NCBI RefSeq assembly: GCF_004010195.1
Contig: NW_025215028.1
Coordinates: 18,770 to 59,236, forward strand
Direction: 5' to 3'
Source: Chiloscyllium plagiosum
Lineage: Eukaryota
DNA length: 40,467 bases
The position numbers and the translations under genes were made by a program. Shown piece by piece: positions 24,601 to 36,759 of the stretch (positions are counted from its first letter, which is position 1; every line of letters begins with the position of its first letter). Under the pieces are notes generated by a model. That model was not told the origin of the DNA. It saw only the letters and a program-made list of their open reading frames with translations, and made no database searches.

Positions 24601-24717
24601 AGGGATACAGATGCTTCGGAATTGACCGACAGGTTCAGACAGTAGATTTGCATTGGCTCAGGCTTGGAGGGTCGAAGGGCCTGTTCCTGAGCTGTATATT
24701 GTCTTTGTTCTTTGTTC
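21649..24717 (+). mobile_element. Second CR1 copy of the same subfamily as 7181-10256, disabled
   Basis: DGLHLNQTG (ORF1 end), DLVLGNEPG..SDHN, GRSCLTNLIEFFEEVT, DFNEAFDKLPH, RPHLQYCVQF; (ctttgtt)n tail. Confidence 0.95.
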
Positions 24718-24754
24718 CTTATTTATATAATATCACAGTGCCCTTTGTGAAACC

Positions 24755-24930
24755 CTTCGGCTATTAAAGGAAGTTTGACTCATAGAGAATATCGCATTAC
24801 AGCGCGGTACATTCCATTTATGGGACCACTCGGCTAAAAGAGAAAGTTACACTGATAGAACACAAAACATTACAGCGCAGGACAAGTCCTTTATGGAAGC
24901 ACTCAGCTAATAAAGGAAGTTAGGCTAATG
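24755..24930. repeat. Degenerate 73-bp tandem repeat, about 2.4 copies
   Basis: c[g/a]gcta..aa..aagtt at 24758, 24831 and 24904; cattacagcgc twice. Confidence 0.7.
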
Positions 24931-24941
24931 CACCATAGACA

Positions 24942-25122
24942 TGGTGCTCTGGTTTCCTCCCACAATCCAAAGATGTGTAGGTCAGGTGAATTGGCCATGC
25001 TAAATTGCCCATAGTGTTGGGTGAATTAGTCAGGGTTAAATATAGGGCAGGGGAATGGGTTTGGGTGGGTTTCTCTTCAGAGGGACGATGTGGGCCGAGG
25101 GGCCTGTTTCCACACTGTAGAG
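24942..25122 (+). mobile_element. 5'-truncated HE1-like SINE
   Basis: ggtgctctggtttcctcccacaatccaaagatgtg...gggcctgtttccacactgtag. Confidence 0.85.
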
Positions 25123-25129
25123 ACCTAAA

Positions 25130-27420
25130 CCCAAATAGCCCTCAATTTCATACCTCTGCATTTTCTGCAATAGCCTACCGTGGGCAATGTTATCAAAAGC
25201 ATTACTGAAATCTATACAAAACACATCAACCGCTTTACCCCATGCATCTGTTAGGCCACATTCTCAAACAACTCAATACGTTCTTCACAAAACCGTGTTG
25301 ACAATCCCTAATCAAACTATTCCTTATTAGAGTATTATAAATACAGTAATGGTCGCTGACCCCAAAGTGTTCCCCACTGATACCTCAGTCACCTGCCCTG
25401 CCTTATTTCCCAAGAGTAGATCAAGTTTTGCAACTTCTCTAGTAGGTATATCCACATATTGAATCAGAAAATGTCCTTGTTGTTGTGGTTCTGTTTGCCG
25501 AGCTGGGAATTTGTGTTGCAGATGTTTCGTCCCTTGTCTAGGTGACATCCTCAGTGCTTGGGAGCCTCCTTGTACATACTTAACAATTATCTCTCCTTCT
25601 AAACCATTAACACTATGGCAGTCGCAGTCTATATTTGGAAAGTTAAAATCCACTACCATAACCACACTGTTAGTCTTACAGATAACTGAAAGCTCCTTAC
25701 AATTTTGTTTCTCAATTTTCCATTGACAATTAGGAGGTCTATAATACAATCCCAACAAGGTGATCATACCTTTCTTATTTCTCAGTTCCACCCAGGTAAC
25801 ATCTCTGGATGTACTTCTGGGAATATCCTCCCTCAGTACCGCTGTAACACTATCCCTTATCAAAAACGCCATTCCCCCTCCTCTCGTGCCTCCTTTTCTT
25901 TCCTTCCTAGCCTTTCTATCCTGGAACATTAAACTGCCAGTCCTGTCAGTCCCTGAGCCATATTTCTGTAATTGCTAACATATCCCAGTCCCATGTTCCT
26001 AAATATGCCTTGGGTTCACTGCCTTCCCTGTTTGGCCTCTTGCAATGAAATAAATGCAGTTTAATTTATTATTCCTACCTTGGTCTCTGCTTTGTCCCTG
26101 CCTGCCCTGACTGTTTGACTCTCTTCTTTCTCAACTGTACCAGTCTGAGATTGATCTCTTTCCTCAGTATCTCCCTTGGTCCCATCCCCCCCACCTCACC
26201 AGTTTAAATCCTCGCGAGCAGCTCTTGCAAATCTCCCTGCCAGTATATTAGTTCCCTTCCGGCTCAAGTGCAATCCGTCCCTCTTGTACAGGTCACTTCT
26301 AATCCAGAAGAGATTCCAATGATCTAATAATGTGAGTGCTTCTTTCATGCACCAACTCCTCAGTGTGCGTTCATCTGCTCTTTCCTCCTATTCCAATCCT
26401 CACTAGATTCTCGCATCGGGAGTGATCCAGATATTACTACCCTCAAGGACCTCCCTTTTAAATTCCTACCTAACTTTCAATATTCCCTCTTTAGAATCTC
26501 ATCACTTTCCCATCCTATGTCCATGGTTCCAATGTGTACAATGACCTCCTGCTAATCCCTCTCCCTTTTGAGAATATTCTGCACCCTGTCTGATACATCC
26601 TTGATCCTGGTACCAGGCAGGCAGCACACTATCCTGATTTTACGCTGCTGGCCACAGAAATGTCTTCCTGTGCCTCTTCCTCTAGAATCCCCAAACACAA
26701 TTAATCACTTGTCTTCGGGAATCCGACGTACACCTCATTATTTTAGAGCCAGTCTCGGTACCAGAAACTGGGTCATGCTGCATTCCCCTGAGAAACCATC
26801 CCTCTCAACGTTTTCCAAAACAGCATACTTGTTTGAAATAGGCATAGCCACAGGAGACTCCTACACTACCTGCCTACCTCTCTTATCTTTCCTGGAGTTA
26901 CCCATCTATCTGACTGCATCTGTGGTTTTTCTCCCTACCTATAACTGCGATCCATCACACCCCCTTATTCCTGTAAATGCATCATTGCCTTTAACTGTTG
27001 CTCTGACCAATATATTCGATATGATAGGATTCACAACTAAAGACATTTATTACAGATGTAATCCCCTGTAACACATAAAATCTCTTGAAATTCTCACATC
27101 TACAGAACCAGAAAATAGCACCGTCTTATTGTTCTACAAAACACTGTTCCAAGCTAACTTCATACTCATGGCTTATATTTTTAAAGCGAAATCAAGAGAT
27201 TGATCTCAATAAAACACCTAAGCAGGAAAGCATCCACTCTACTCTTATTCTAGATTTACAGCAAGGTTATACTTAAAACTAATCACTTATCTGTTTCTGT
27301 GCTGTGACCTCTCCCAAACAGTTTCCTCCAACAGCAGTTGTGAATTTCCCTGTTTGTTAAGTTTCCGTGGACACACTCCGATGCCCAGCAATACATGAAT
27401 TCAAAGAGGAAAGGCAGTAG
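25130..27420 (-). mobile_element. CR1 5'UTR, ORF1 and endonuclease, joined by deletion (~25330) to a short RT piece
   Basis: ORF 25327-25929 has WVELRNKKG, LYYRPPN, DFNFPNID, PTREVAKLDLLLGN; DFSNAFDNIAHGRLL lies directly downstream. Confidence 0.9.
25474..25573 (-). ncRNA. 93-bp insert with type-B hammerhead ribozyme and 7-bp TSD
   Basis: Minus strand: GCA-CUGAGGA-U-GUC-ACCUAGACAAGG-GAC-GAAAC-AUC-UGC (25557-25518); tccttgt at 25474-25480 and 25567-25573. Confidence 0.8.
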
Positions 27421-27651
27421 GTGACTACAAAATCATTACTCAGAGAAATTTAGAATGAACAGTGTGACAATGATTATGTGTGATTGTCTGACCCAAACTT
27501 GGAAATGAAGAAATTAAGTTTTTACCCATAAGAAAGCAAGCATTATTGAAATAAACTTTTCTGCATAAATCATAAAACATTGTATTTATAGAATATCGTT
27601 AAATCAGCAATGTAACTACATATTATTTGCACAAACCTAAATCAATAGGCG

Positions 27652-27885
27652 TTTTAACCCACGCAGAAAGTGGTATGTGTATGGAAAGAGCTGCCAGAGG
27701 AAGTGGTGGAGGCTGGTACAATTGCAACATTTAAAAGGCATCTGGATGGGTATATGAATAGGAAGGGTTTGGAAGGATATGGGCCAGGTAGCAGGTGGGA
27801 CTAGATTGGGTTGGGATATCTGGTCAGCATGGACGAGTTGGAACAAAGGGTCTGTTTCCGTGCTCTACATCTATGACTATGACAC
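27652..27885 (+). mobile_element. CR1 3'-end fragment
   Basis: gagctgccagaggaagtggtggaggctggtacaattgcaacatttaaaaggc; tail ctatgactatgac. Confidence 0.9.
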
Positions 27886-29272
27886 TACATATTTTTGGCA
27901 AGACCCATGTTGTCCAATGAAAGTGTAAGTAGGCCATCTAGTGATTATTTTGTCGCATTGTCACAGCTGAAATTCTGTATAAACCCTTGTAGCTGATTGT
28001 ATACTACAGAGCACTTCATTGACTGCTTCCCATGATATTTGTATATATATATATATCATGAATAAATTTGTTCAACATTGAAGATCTGTTTCCGAGATTT
28101 TCTTCAACACTTATCAAGTAAAAGCTACTTACTAATTGTTTGATGTACTTGTCTGATAACTATATTTTAATTGAATAGGTCTCCCAGACTAGTCTATATC
28201 TCCACATTCTCCAGTCTTCCTCAGTTAATGAATATTTTACTTTTCTATGCTGAATACAAGGTAGATAATGCACAGTATTATACTCAATCTGCTATTTTTG
28301 TTTACTCACCTTAACTATATGTTCCTGATGGAGACTCTTACTGTTCAACTCACCAATTTCCTTCTTGACGCTATATTAGTGTGAGTACAGTTTGTGATTA
28401 TGAATGTACTTGCACTAATCTTTCATTACAGATTAGCGACCTGCAAATGACCCATTTTTCCTCAATCTGATTATCATCTTGACTCAATTCTTGCACGAAA
28501 CTAACATATTAACCCCATCACCATGTGCTTTGAGAACGGGCTGTAACATTATAAATGTTCTTTAGAAATTCACATACGCTCCATCTGCAGACCACCCTTG
28601 ATCCATCCGGCTTAATTTATTCTCATAGGTTATGGATTATTTGTTCCTCATGTTTTGCTTTTCATAAAACACTGTTAGCTTTGCTTCATTTCGAAATATC
28701 TTTCAAAAGCCTTCTTTAAAAAAGGCAGTGTAGCAATGTTTCCCCGACGATAATTGTTAGACTGACACAGATATTATTCCCAGGTTCTGTTTCCCATCCT
28801 TGTGTTGATGAGAAGAGTATTTTGTGGTAATCTCAGCCAGTGACAGGAATTGAATCTCTGTAAGTGAGAGGGATTGAACCCAGGGTTTTGGCATCACCGT
28901 GTATCATAAATCAGCTGATCAGCTAACCAACCCTCTCTCAGAAGGTTCAGGTCAGAATAGAATCAAAAGCTGGCAGTGCCATCCATCTGGGAAATTGAGG
29001 TGAGGCTGTGCAATTCAGAGGGCTGAACTACTGATCAGGATTAAAACAGCGATGTTGTTGAATAAAAAGAGGTTATTGTGATGTTCGCCCCTGGCAGGTA
29101 AAACAGTGACAATGGTTTGACTGGACGCGGGGTAAACACCATGACGACTATTTCACCCTGAGAAATGAGCAGGCATGCAGGATGAAAATATGTATTTCGA
29201 GAACGGTTAATTTTCACAAGTGCAATAATCGTCCACAACAGAATAGGTTGTTCTGAGTGAGAATACCAGCTG

Positions 29273-30918
29273 TTATTTCCCTAGTTTGGGAAGAAAGTTT
29301 TGGTTTAACTTTTTTTTAACCGAAGTCAATATCAAAACGAAAGGAGATTTAATCATCCTCTTCAATTCTTCCCTGAATTTGGTTTGTGTAGCTACATAAA
29401 TACATGGCTTTGTAAAGGAGCTCAAATACATGAGAATGTATACAGATTCAGTGCCAATCTATGTTGGAGCTGTGTGATTTCCCTCGGTAATACGCTGTTG
29501 TTGTGAGTTTGCTGGTTAAAAAGTTAACGACTGCTGTTAGCCACAATAGGACAAAACTGCCTGATACACTGAACAGTAACATGATGGATTTCCTTCTGCT
29601 TTTCATCTCTGGATCAGTTCTATTCTCATTGCTGAGACCCCAAAGTGCCCTGCGGACTTTGCTGGTCACTAAAATACGCTGGAATGTCAAAGAGTTAACC
29701 CAGATTCAGTGGCAATATATGTTGGAGCTGTGTGATCTCCTCAGTAATACACTGCTGTTGTGAGTTTGCTGGTTAAAAAGTTAACAACTGCTGTTAGCCA
29801 CAAAAGGACAAAACTGCCTGATACACTGAACAGTAACATGATGGATTTCCTTCTGCTTTTCATCTCTGGGTCAGTTCTATTCTCATTGCTGAGACCCCAA
29901 AGTGTCCTGCGGACTTTGCTGGTCACTAAAATACGCTGGAATGTCAAAGAGTTAAACAGTAATATCAAACAGAAAGGCAGCCATGTAACTAAAATACTTT
30001 TCAGCCCCACCTGCAGGCGATGTATAAAAGGCCATATTGGAGTGACAGCCCCTGGCAAAGCTGGAAATTATTTGGCTGGGGTCACAGGCGAACCAGAAGG
30101 GTATGTTCTCCAAAGGAATCAGGGTAAACAGCGTGGCTAAAATAGCAGTGACAGTTCTCATTGAGCAGTTGTAAAGAAGACAATAAACCACACAGATATA
30201 TTCAATGTGGCAAATTAACACAGAGAATGAACTTACAAACAGCAGTGTAGGATAGAAATGAATGTGAAAAGTGATAACTCAAAATGTGATACACAATGAC
30301 ATTGAAAAATATCACCAGGCAATCTGCAGTTGCCATGGCAATCATGCAAGCCAAAATACATTTAAAAAGTCCACAATTTCCACTGGAGAGAATGGCGATG
30401 GTCAGTAAGTTTGCTGTAAGAGGGAGAAGGAAGCGATTGGAAGTGGAACTTCAATAAAGAAATATCACAGGAAATCACGTCATCGTCGGAGGTGATTTGA
30501 CATCGAGTTTCCCAAAGATTTGTTTTTATAAAGTAGATGAACAGACTGACAACGTGAGGACCAAACGACATTGAAAATTTAATGTCTGTGCTCTTCAAAG
30601 AACATTTCTATTCATTTCATCATTCCAATAAAACATTCCGTTTGGACACAAACATTGCATTAACATTCAAGAGTTCATTTTTTTTTGCTGATACTCAGAC
30701 TTGAGGAGCTGCACAGTAAATGTGCATCACTGAGTTTGTTTTCCCCAGTTCCTTCAGATGGATAAGTGACTCTGTAATGATGACTATTCCTGAAATCTGT
30801 GAGAGAAACACCATGACCTTCACTGTCCACACAAGAAAAATAACATTGCCTTACCAAGAACGCCAAAGGCTGCAATAACAAAATAGGAAATGTTCTTTAT
30901 CTGGAGAATTGTAACCAT
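29273..30918 (-). pseudogene. GPR139/GPR142-like class A GPCR pseudogene; exon 1 30918-30855, GT-AG intron 30854-30414, exon 2 30413-29273
   Basis: Spliced translation MVTILQIKNISYFVIAAFGVL-ANLLTIAILSSGNCGLFKCILACMIAMATADCLV...; later WLPFCLILLFNSLT, DPEMKSRRKSIMLLFSVSGSFVLLW, PCIYVATQTKFREELKR; frameshifts, stops, TM3 deletion and internal duplication. Confidence 0.9.
29443..29955. repeat. About 257-bp intragenic tandem duplication (29443-29698 and 29701-29955)
   Basis: Both run cagattcagtg...gtcaaagagttaa; duplicated peptides appear in the ORF track. Confidence 0.95.
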
Positions 30919-31904
30919 TCTGTCGGGAAGAATTAGAAATTTCCCTCACGTTCTCTGGCTCCTTGTGAAATCCATCTGAGATCCTTAATTTCACAATTTC
31001 ACATCCTTTGTAGATCAAGGCCTCTCCCTGAGAGTAAATGAGACCATACAATAGCTGTGTCTCAACAATTACTGGCAGGCCTTTAACAAACATGGGATAG
31101 CTAGATCATCGGGGGATAATTCCAAAGCTCAGGTCATGAATTATCAAACATTAAACCTGGAGAAGGGAGGATGAACCCAAAGTGTAGGGAATATTTTGTC
31201 AAGGCTAGATAGGTTATTGATGTTTTGGAATCATGCTAATTAAACAAAATATTCAATAAATTGTTCTTTAATAATATTGTTTAGTCCAAGAATGACAATG
31301 TAGCAAACATTCACACGCACACACAGTTTCTCAGGAACTTTGAATGCAAAAGAGTATTTGAATTTCTACAATCACTGTGTGTCACAATAACACAGGAAAT
31401 TCACCCAGCTGGGTCAGGCTCAAGATTCACTTCCCAGATAATGAAAACTGTTCATGTGGACGTTTCAAACCAGGAATCTAACAGAGCAGAATGGAGAGAA
31501 TCAAACAAGGACATTTGCCGTGAATGTATCGAATGTTTCCATCCTGTTTGGAATGGTGGGAAGTTGATGTCACAGAATCATCAATTAATACCGTACAGGA
31601 GAGGTCATTCTACCCATCAAGTCTCTGCCACGAAAACCACACTCATCCCTACACTAATCCCACTTTCCACACTAGGTCAGGGGCCTTGAATATACCTTGT
31701 GACCATCCAGTTGCCTTCTAAAGGTTGGGACATTTCCCGTCTGAATTACCCTCTTACACAGTGAATTCCAGGTTTCCACCACTCTCTGGTGTGAAACTAG
31801 TCCTCACATTCACTTATACATCTCCTGCCTTTCACTTTAAAAGTCTGCCCCTTTTTATTGACCCTTCAGTTAAGATATTTGACCATATGGTTGAACAGTT
31901 GAAA

Positions 31905-32245
31905 CTGTGTGACTGTGTGACAGTGTGTCTCTGCACAAGGGTGTGGGACAGTGTGTCAGAGCATGTGACTACATCTGTGTGAGTGACTGAGTGTACAAGG
32001 ACATGAATATGCATGGTGTGTGTGTGTATGTCTGTGAGACTGCAGTGCACAGTGTGATATAATGAGCGTGTCTGAAAGAGAGTGAGGGGGTGTGACTGTG
32101 AGGCAGTTTGATGCAACGTGTGGGAAATTGAGTGCGGGAAATTGAGAGAGTATGTGGATGTGTCAGAGTCAGTGACCGTGTGTGATACTTTGAGAACAGT
32201 GGGTGTTTGATATCGAGTGTGAGAGACTGTGAGAGTGAGTGAACA
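31905..32245. repeat. TG/GA-rich low-complexity tract
   Basis: Decayed (TG)n and (GA)n blocks. Confidence 0.8.
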
Positions 32246-33364
32246 GGGGTCTGCATGTCATGTGAATTATTACTGGGACAGGGACAGGTTGGGGTTTATA
32301 GGCAGTTACACCATGGGATCATCGACACTCAGACTTTGCACTCAGATGGACACATGCCGGCGGACAGGCACAGTCTCACATCAATTTACTCAAGAACACA
32401 ATAGGAACACTCACTCTCTGTCTCACGCACTCACAGACACACACAAGCGCAAAGCAAGAGGGTTCAATATTAATGCTACTAATCATAATAATAAAGATTC
32501 AGATATGGAGTTATTACACAGAAACACATGAAACTGGAACTGAAGTTGGTGACTTGCTCGTTGAAACCTACTCTACAATTTCAGAATTCACTATTCCCAT
32601 CGTCCCAGAGTAACCTCAGATTCCTTTTACGCAAGGTAATAAATCTACCTGTAACTTATAAAGATTCATTGTACCCAGCCTTATCACTTTCTGGGACAGC
32701 CGGTTCCAAAGTTACACAGCCATGAAAACTAAATTCTCATCACTGTCCAAAAAGGGTGTCCACAAGTAATTTTAAACTATGTCCCGAGTCTGAACTCACC
32801 CACAAGGAGAAATATCCATTGCCAATCCACCATGTCAAGATTATGAGAGATCTTATACACTTTGATCAGGTCATCCTTAATTCGTCTAAATTCGAGCAGA
32901 AACAAGCCCAGTCTGTTCAAATATCCCCAAAGCACAAGTCACTCATTCAGAGTATTACTTCAGTAAAATCATGAGCGGCATGGATAACGTTGCCCACAGT
33001 TTTTCCCCAGGGTAGGAAAGTCGAAGGCAAGAGGACATTGTGAGGTTGGGCCAAAGGGCCTGTTCCCATGATATCAACCTCCATGACTCTATGACTCTGT
33101 GAGAGCCAGTGGTAGAAGAGAATTGGATTGCCAATCAGTGATCCCGGTGTCACCAAATTCCCTATGGCATCAAACCTATGGCTCAACTAACCATGAGACA
33201 GGGCTGAAAATGATCAGAGCACGAGGCAGCTCCAGACATTAACCCCATCTTCTGCTTTGGTGGGATCCAAATCCAATTTCCTCACGGGAGGTTCTATCCT
33301 TCAAAGGCCAGTACAACAACCTCTGCATGGTCACACGGTCATGGGCAAGGTGAAGGGTGCTTGA

Positions 33365-34010
33365 CATGGTATCTAACCTTGTGTTGTACCTGTCCTGGGA
33401 GTGCACAAAGCTGAAAGTGGGTGAGGCTGAATAGGCTGGGGCCTTTTTCCCTGGAGCGTCAGAGCCTGAAGTGTGACTTTATGGAGTTTTATAAAATCAT
33501 GGCGGGCATAGGGAGGGTGAATAGCCAAGGTCTTCGCCCCAGGGTGGGGATCACAAAACTAGAGGGGACACAGGCTTAAGGTGACAGGGGAAAGATTGCA
33601 AAGGGAGTTTAGGAGATACGGTTTCATGGAGAGGGTGGTATCTGTATAAAACGAGCTTCCATAAGAAGCAGTGGGGGCTGGTACAATTACAGCATACAAA
33701 AGACCATCGGGATGGGGATATGAACAGGATGGGTTTAGAGGGATATGGGCCCAATGCTGGCAAATGGGTCTCGATCAGTTTTGGATATCTGGTCAGCATG
33801 GACGAGTTGGGCTGAAGGTTCTGTTTCCGTTCTGGAAAATTCTACTGGGGACATACTGTCAGGACAATGTAGAGAAAACTCAACACTGATTCTGTACCTG
33901 TCTTGGGAGCACTTGATGCTGACACGAGGGAAAACAAGGGGACATTGTGTCAGGGTAATGTAGATGAAGCTCTACTCTGTGTCTAACTGGGAGCTGTACG
34001 TGTCGTGGTA
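33365..34010. repeat. Degenerate satellite-like units (tatctaac..ctgtacctgtcctgggagtg) interrupted by a CR1 fragment
   Basis: Motif variants at about 33385, 33892 and 33994. Confidence 0.5.
33415..33835 (+). mobile_element. CR1 3'-end fragment
   Basis: aggctgaataggctgggg..ccctggagcgtc; ggatatctggtcagcatggacgagttggg. Confidence 0.85.
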
Positions 34011-34431
34011 TAAAGTGCTGCTGTCAGAAATTAAATATACCAAACAACTGAGAGAGTTTGACACTTTATTTGTCACAGGACAATTCATATATTATCCCGA
34101 GCACAAAGAGACTCAGAGTCATGGCTTCATACTCGTCAGCATTGCACAGTGGGTTCACCAGATCAAAGTTGCTGATCCTTTAACCCACTGAAGTGGAGCC
34201 TGTCACTGATATTTAATCAGGATATCCTTCACTCTGCTGGCTTTCAAATTCAGATCCGGCAGGAAGACACTGCATTTTCCAATCTGAAATATACTTAATC
34301 CACAATCCTCAGGAATCGAAAATATCATAAACTTGGAGGGTCTTTGAGAAAATTGCCTTCACTTCATCTCCATCCCAAATAAGGTGCTCACGAGCATTAA
34401 CCTGACTGATGTCTCCTCTCTCGGACCCAGA

Positions 34432-34690
34432 GAATCACTGGATAGCGATCAGGATTCCTGAATGATTTCCACTCTGTCTCTAACACAGTAATATCTGGAC
34501 AATGATCGGGAGCAGGGATCCTGGTTTATCTCCTACCTCCATCCCAGGGTATCACTGGACAGTGATCAGACGCACTGACTGATTTCCATGCTGTCTCAGA
34601 CACAGGGGTCTCTGGACAGTGATCAGGAGCTGGAAGCCTGGTTCATCTCTTATCTCTAACCCAGGGATCACTGGACAGTAATCAGGGTCA
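34432..34690. repeat. Minisatellite, ~58-bp units in alternating A/B order
   Basis: ctggacagtgatcagg-like motif at 34438, 34495, 34555, 34612 and 34671. Confidence 0.8.
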
Positions 34691-35079
34691 GTTCAAAGAT
34701 GTACAGATTAGGTGGGGTGACCAGGCTGAATTTACCGTAGTGGGTGGATTGACCATGCATCCCCCTCAAGAATCTTTTGCTTTGTTTGTAGCTGAGGATG
34801 GAATTTCACTGTCCGTACACATGTTCCATCTGATGTATTATATAAGGCCCCGTGGTCAGAAAGTCTCTGATGTCCCTTTGTGGTACAACTTTTATCTGTG
34901 ATTGAAGAGAATATCAATGAGTTGGACGGGAGAATATATCCTGTCACAGAAAGGTAGGGAAAGGGAAAGGTACCTCTGAAATAAAGCAGACAATGTTGAG
35001 AAACCGACAAGATTTGACAGCATTCAGAAAGAGAAGGGAACAGTGTAGGGAAGAGTTTGGGCTTTTAGCCTAAATTCCC

Positions 35080-35372
35080 TCAGTGTGGAATCAGAATCCT
35101 TCAGCCCAATAATTCCTCACCTACCCTCTGAAGAGTATCCCACCCAGACCCAGTCCTCTCTGACTAATGCATATAACATTCTTAGCAATTTAGCATTGCC
35201 AATTAACTTGTTCTTCACATCTTTGGACTGTGGGAGGAAACCAGAGCACCTGGTGGAAACCCACACAGAAACGGGGAGAATGTACAAACTCCACACAGAC
35301 AGTCGCCCAAGGCTGGAATCAAACCTGGGACCCGGATGCTGTGAGGCAGCAGTGCTAACCACTGAGCCACCG
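35080..35372 (-). mobile_element. Near full-length HE1-like V-SINE
   Basis: Minus strand: ggtggctcagtggttagcactgctgcctcacagc..gggtcccaggtttgattcc (A and B boxes) plus V-domain. Confidence 0.9.
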
Positions 35373-36759
35373 TACAATCCAAAAAGTTATGGGTCTTCAG
35401 CAGCATTGACAGAAGTTAGAAAAGTATGTAGTTTTTCACCAAGTGCTGAAGAAAGAATGGGATAGTCTGTGAGACTTGGCGGCTGCAGACATGAAATGAC
35501 AAAAGGTTTCATGGAACCAAATCCAAACGGATTGGTAATTGGTTCATTAATGAACACAAGGACCCAGACAAATGGAGCAGCAGGAGACTTTCCCGTTCAG
35601 TCTTTTCAACCAGTTGTATAGTAGTGGCTGATTTTAAACTTCAAATCCTGCCCCCTCCCCCATACCCTGTGATTACCCGAGGCACCAGCAATCTGTGTAT
35701 TCCAATCTGAAATGTACTCAGTGAGGCAGCATCCACAATCCTCAGCAATAGAAAATATCAGAGGCTTGGAGACTCTTTTAGAAAATTGCCTTTGCTACAT
35801 CTCAGTCTCACAGAAGATGCTCCTTATCCCGAGATTGTCATTATGTTTCAGATTCCCAGACCAGGGGAAGAATACTCAGCATTTACTGGATCAAGCCTCT
35901 GTCCTTGGGAATCTGATACAGTTCAATCAGATCACTTCTCTATTTTCTGATCCCTGAGAATATGAACCCACAACAGTAACCCTGGCACCAAATAAGGAAA
36001 CGGCTTTTGTAATTCATTCATGGGTTTGTCGTATTTCTTATTGGGTAGCATTTGTTGCTCATATATAGTTGATCCGGAGAAGTGTCCTGAACTGCCTTCC
36101 TGAACTGCTGCTATCCATTTGGTGCAGGTAAGCCGACAATGATGGAAGGGAAGGACACTCTACTAATTGTATCTGTGCAATCTGAAAAAAAAAACTCAAC
36201 AATTCCAATTATGTCTTCCATGCATGAACTAGTACTCAATTCATGCTCATCGATTAATCCCAAAATTATGAGTTGCTATTTTCTAGAATAACTTCTAATA
36301 ACTTATATTACTGAATGCCTTCTGAAAATCCAATTCTCCAACATTTCCCAATTCCCCTTTATCAACACTGCTTGTTATATCCTCGAGCAAATTTGTCAAA
36401 CATAATTTCTTTTTCCCAAAACCATGTTTTTGATTATGTTGCGCTTTTCTCAATGTCCAGCTCCGCCTTCCTTAAGAATGGATTCTCGCATCAGCAACAG
36501 ATTTATGTCAACTGGCCTACAGTTTCCAGTTTCCTGTCTCTCCTCCATCTTGAACAGGGCCGTTAAATTAACAGTTTTCCAATCTGCTGTAACCCTTCTG
36601 GATTCGAGTGAATTCTGGAACATTTCAACCCTATGATACAGATGATCACATCATGGTGAGATGTCTATCTTTAGTCCAATTAGTTGATCAAATACTTTGT
36701 CCCTCGTGATAGAGACTTATCAGATCTTTCCTTTCCTTCGCACCTTTCTTAACTATAAT

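Noticed and set aside
26568..27071. 167-aa plus-strand ORF
   Set aside because: Antisense to CR1 ORF1 region; no independent protein features
28830..28935. Possible minus-strand tRNA-derived SINE head (gggattgaaccc)
   Set aside because: Too short and degenerate to call
29503..30140. Two similar plus-strand ORFs (MSLLVKKLTT...)
   Set aside because: Antisense shadows of the duplicated GPCR segment
31725..32531. His/Thr- and Cys/Val-rich ORFs
   Set aside because: Translations of (TG)/(CA) low-complexity sequence
34432..34690. CRISPR-like repeat-spacer appearance
   Set aside because: Spacers are homologous to each other, repeats are degenerate, there are no cas genes, and the context is vertebrate
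35085..35465. 126-aa ORF and overlapping minus ORFs
   Set aside because: Lie over an HE1-like SINE; spurious
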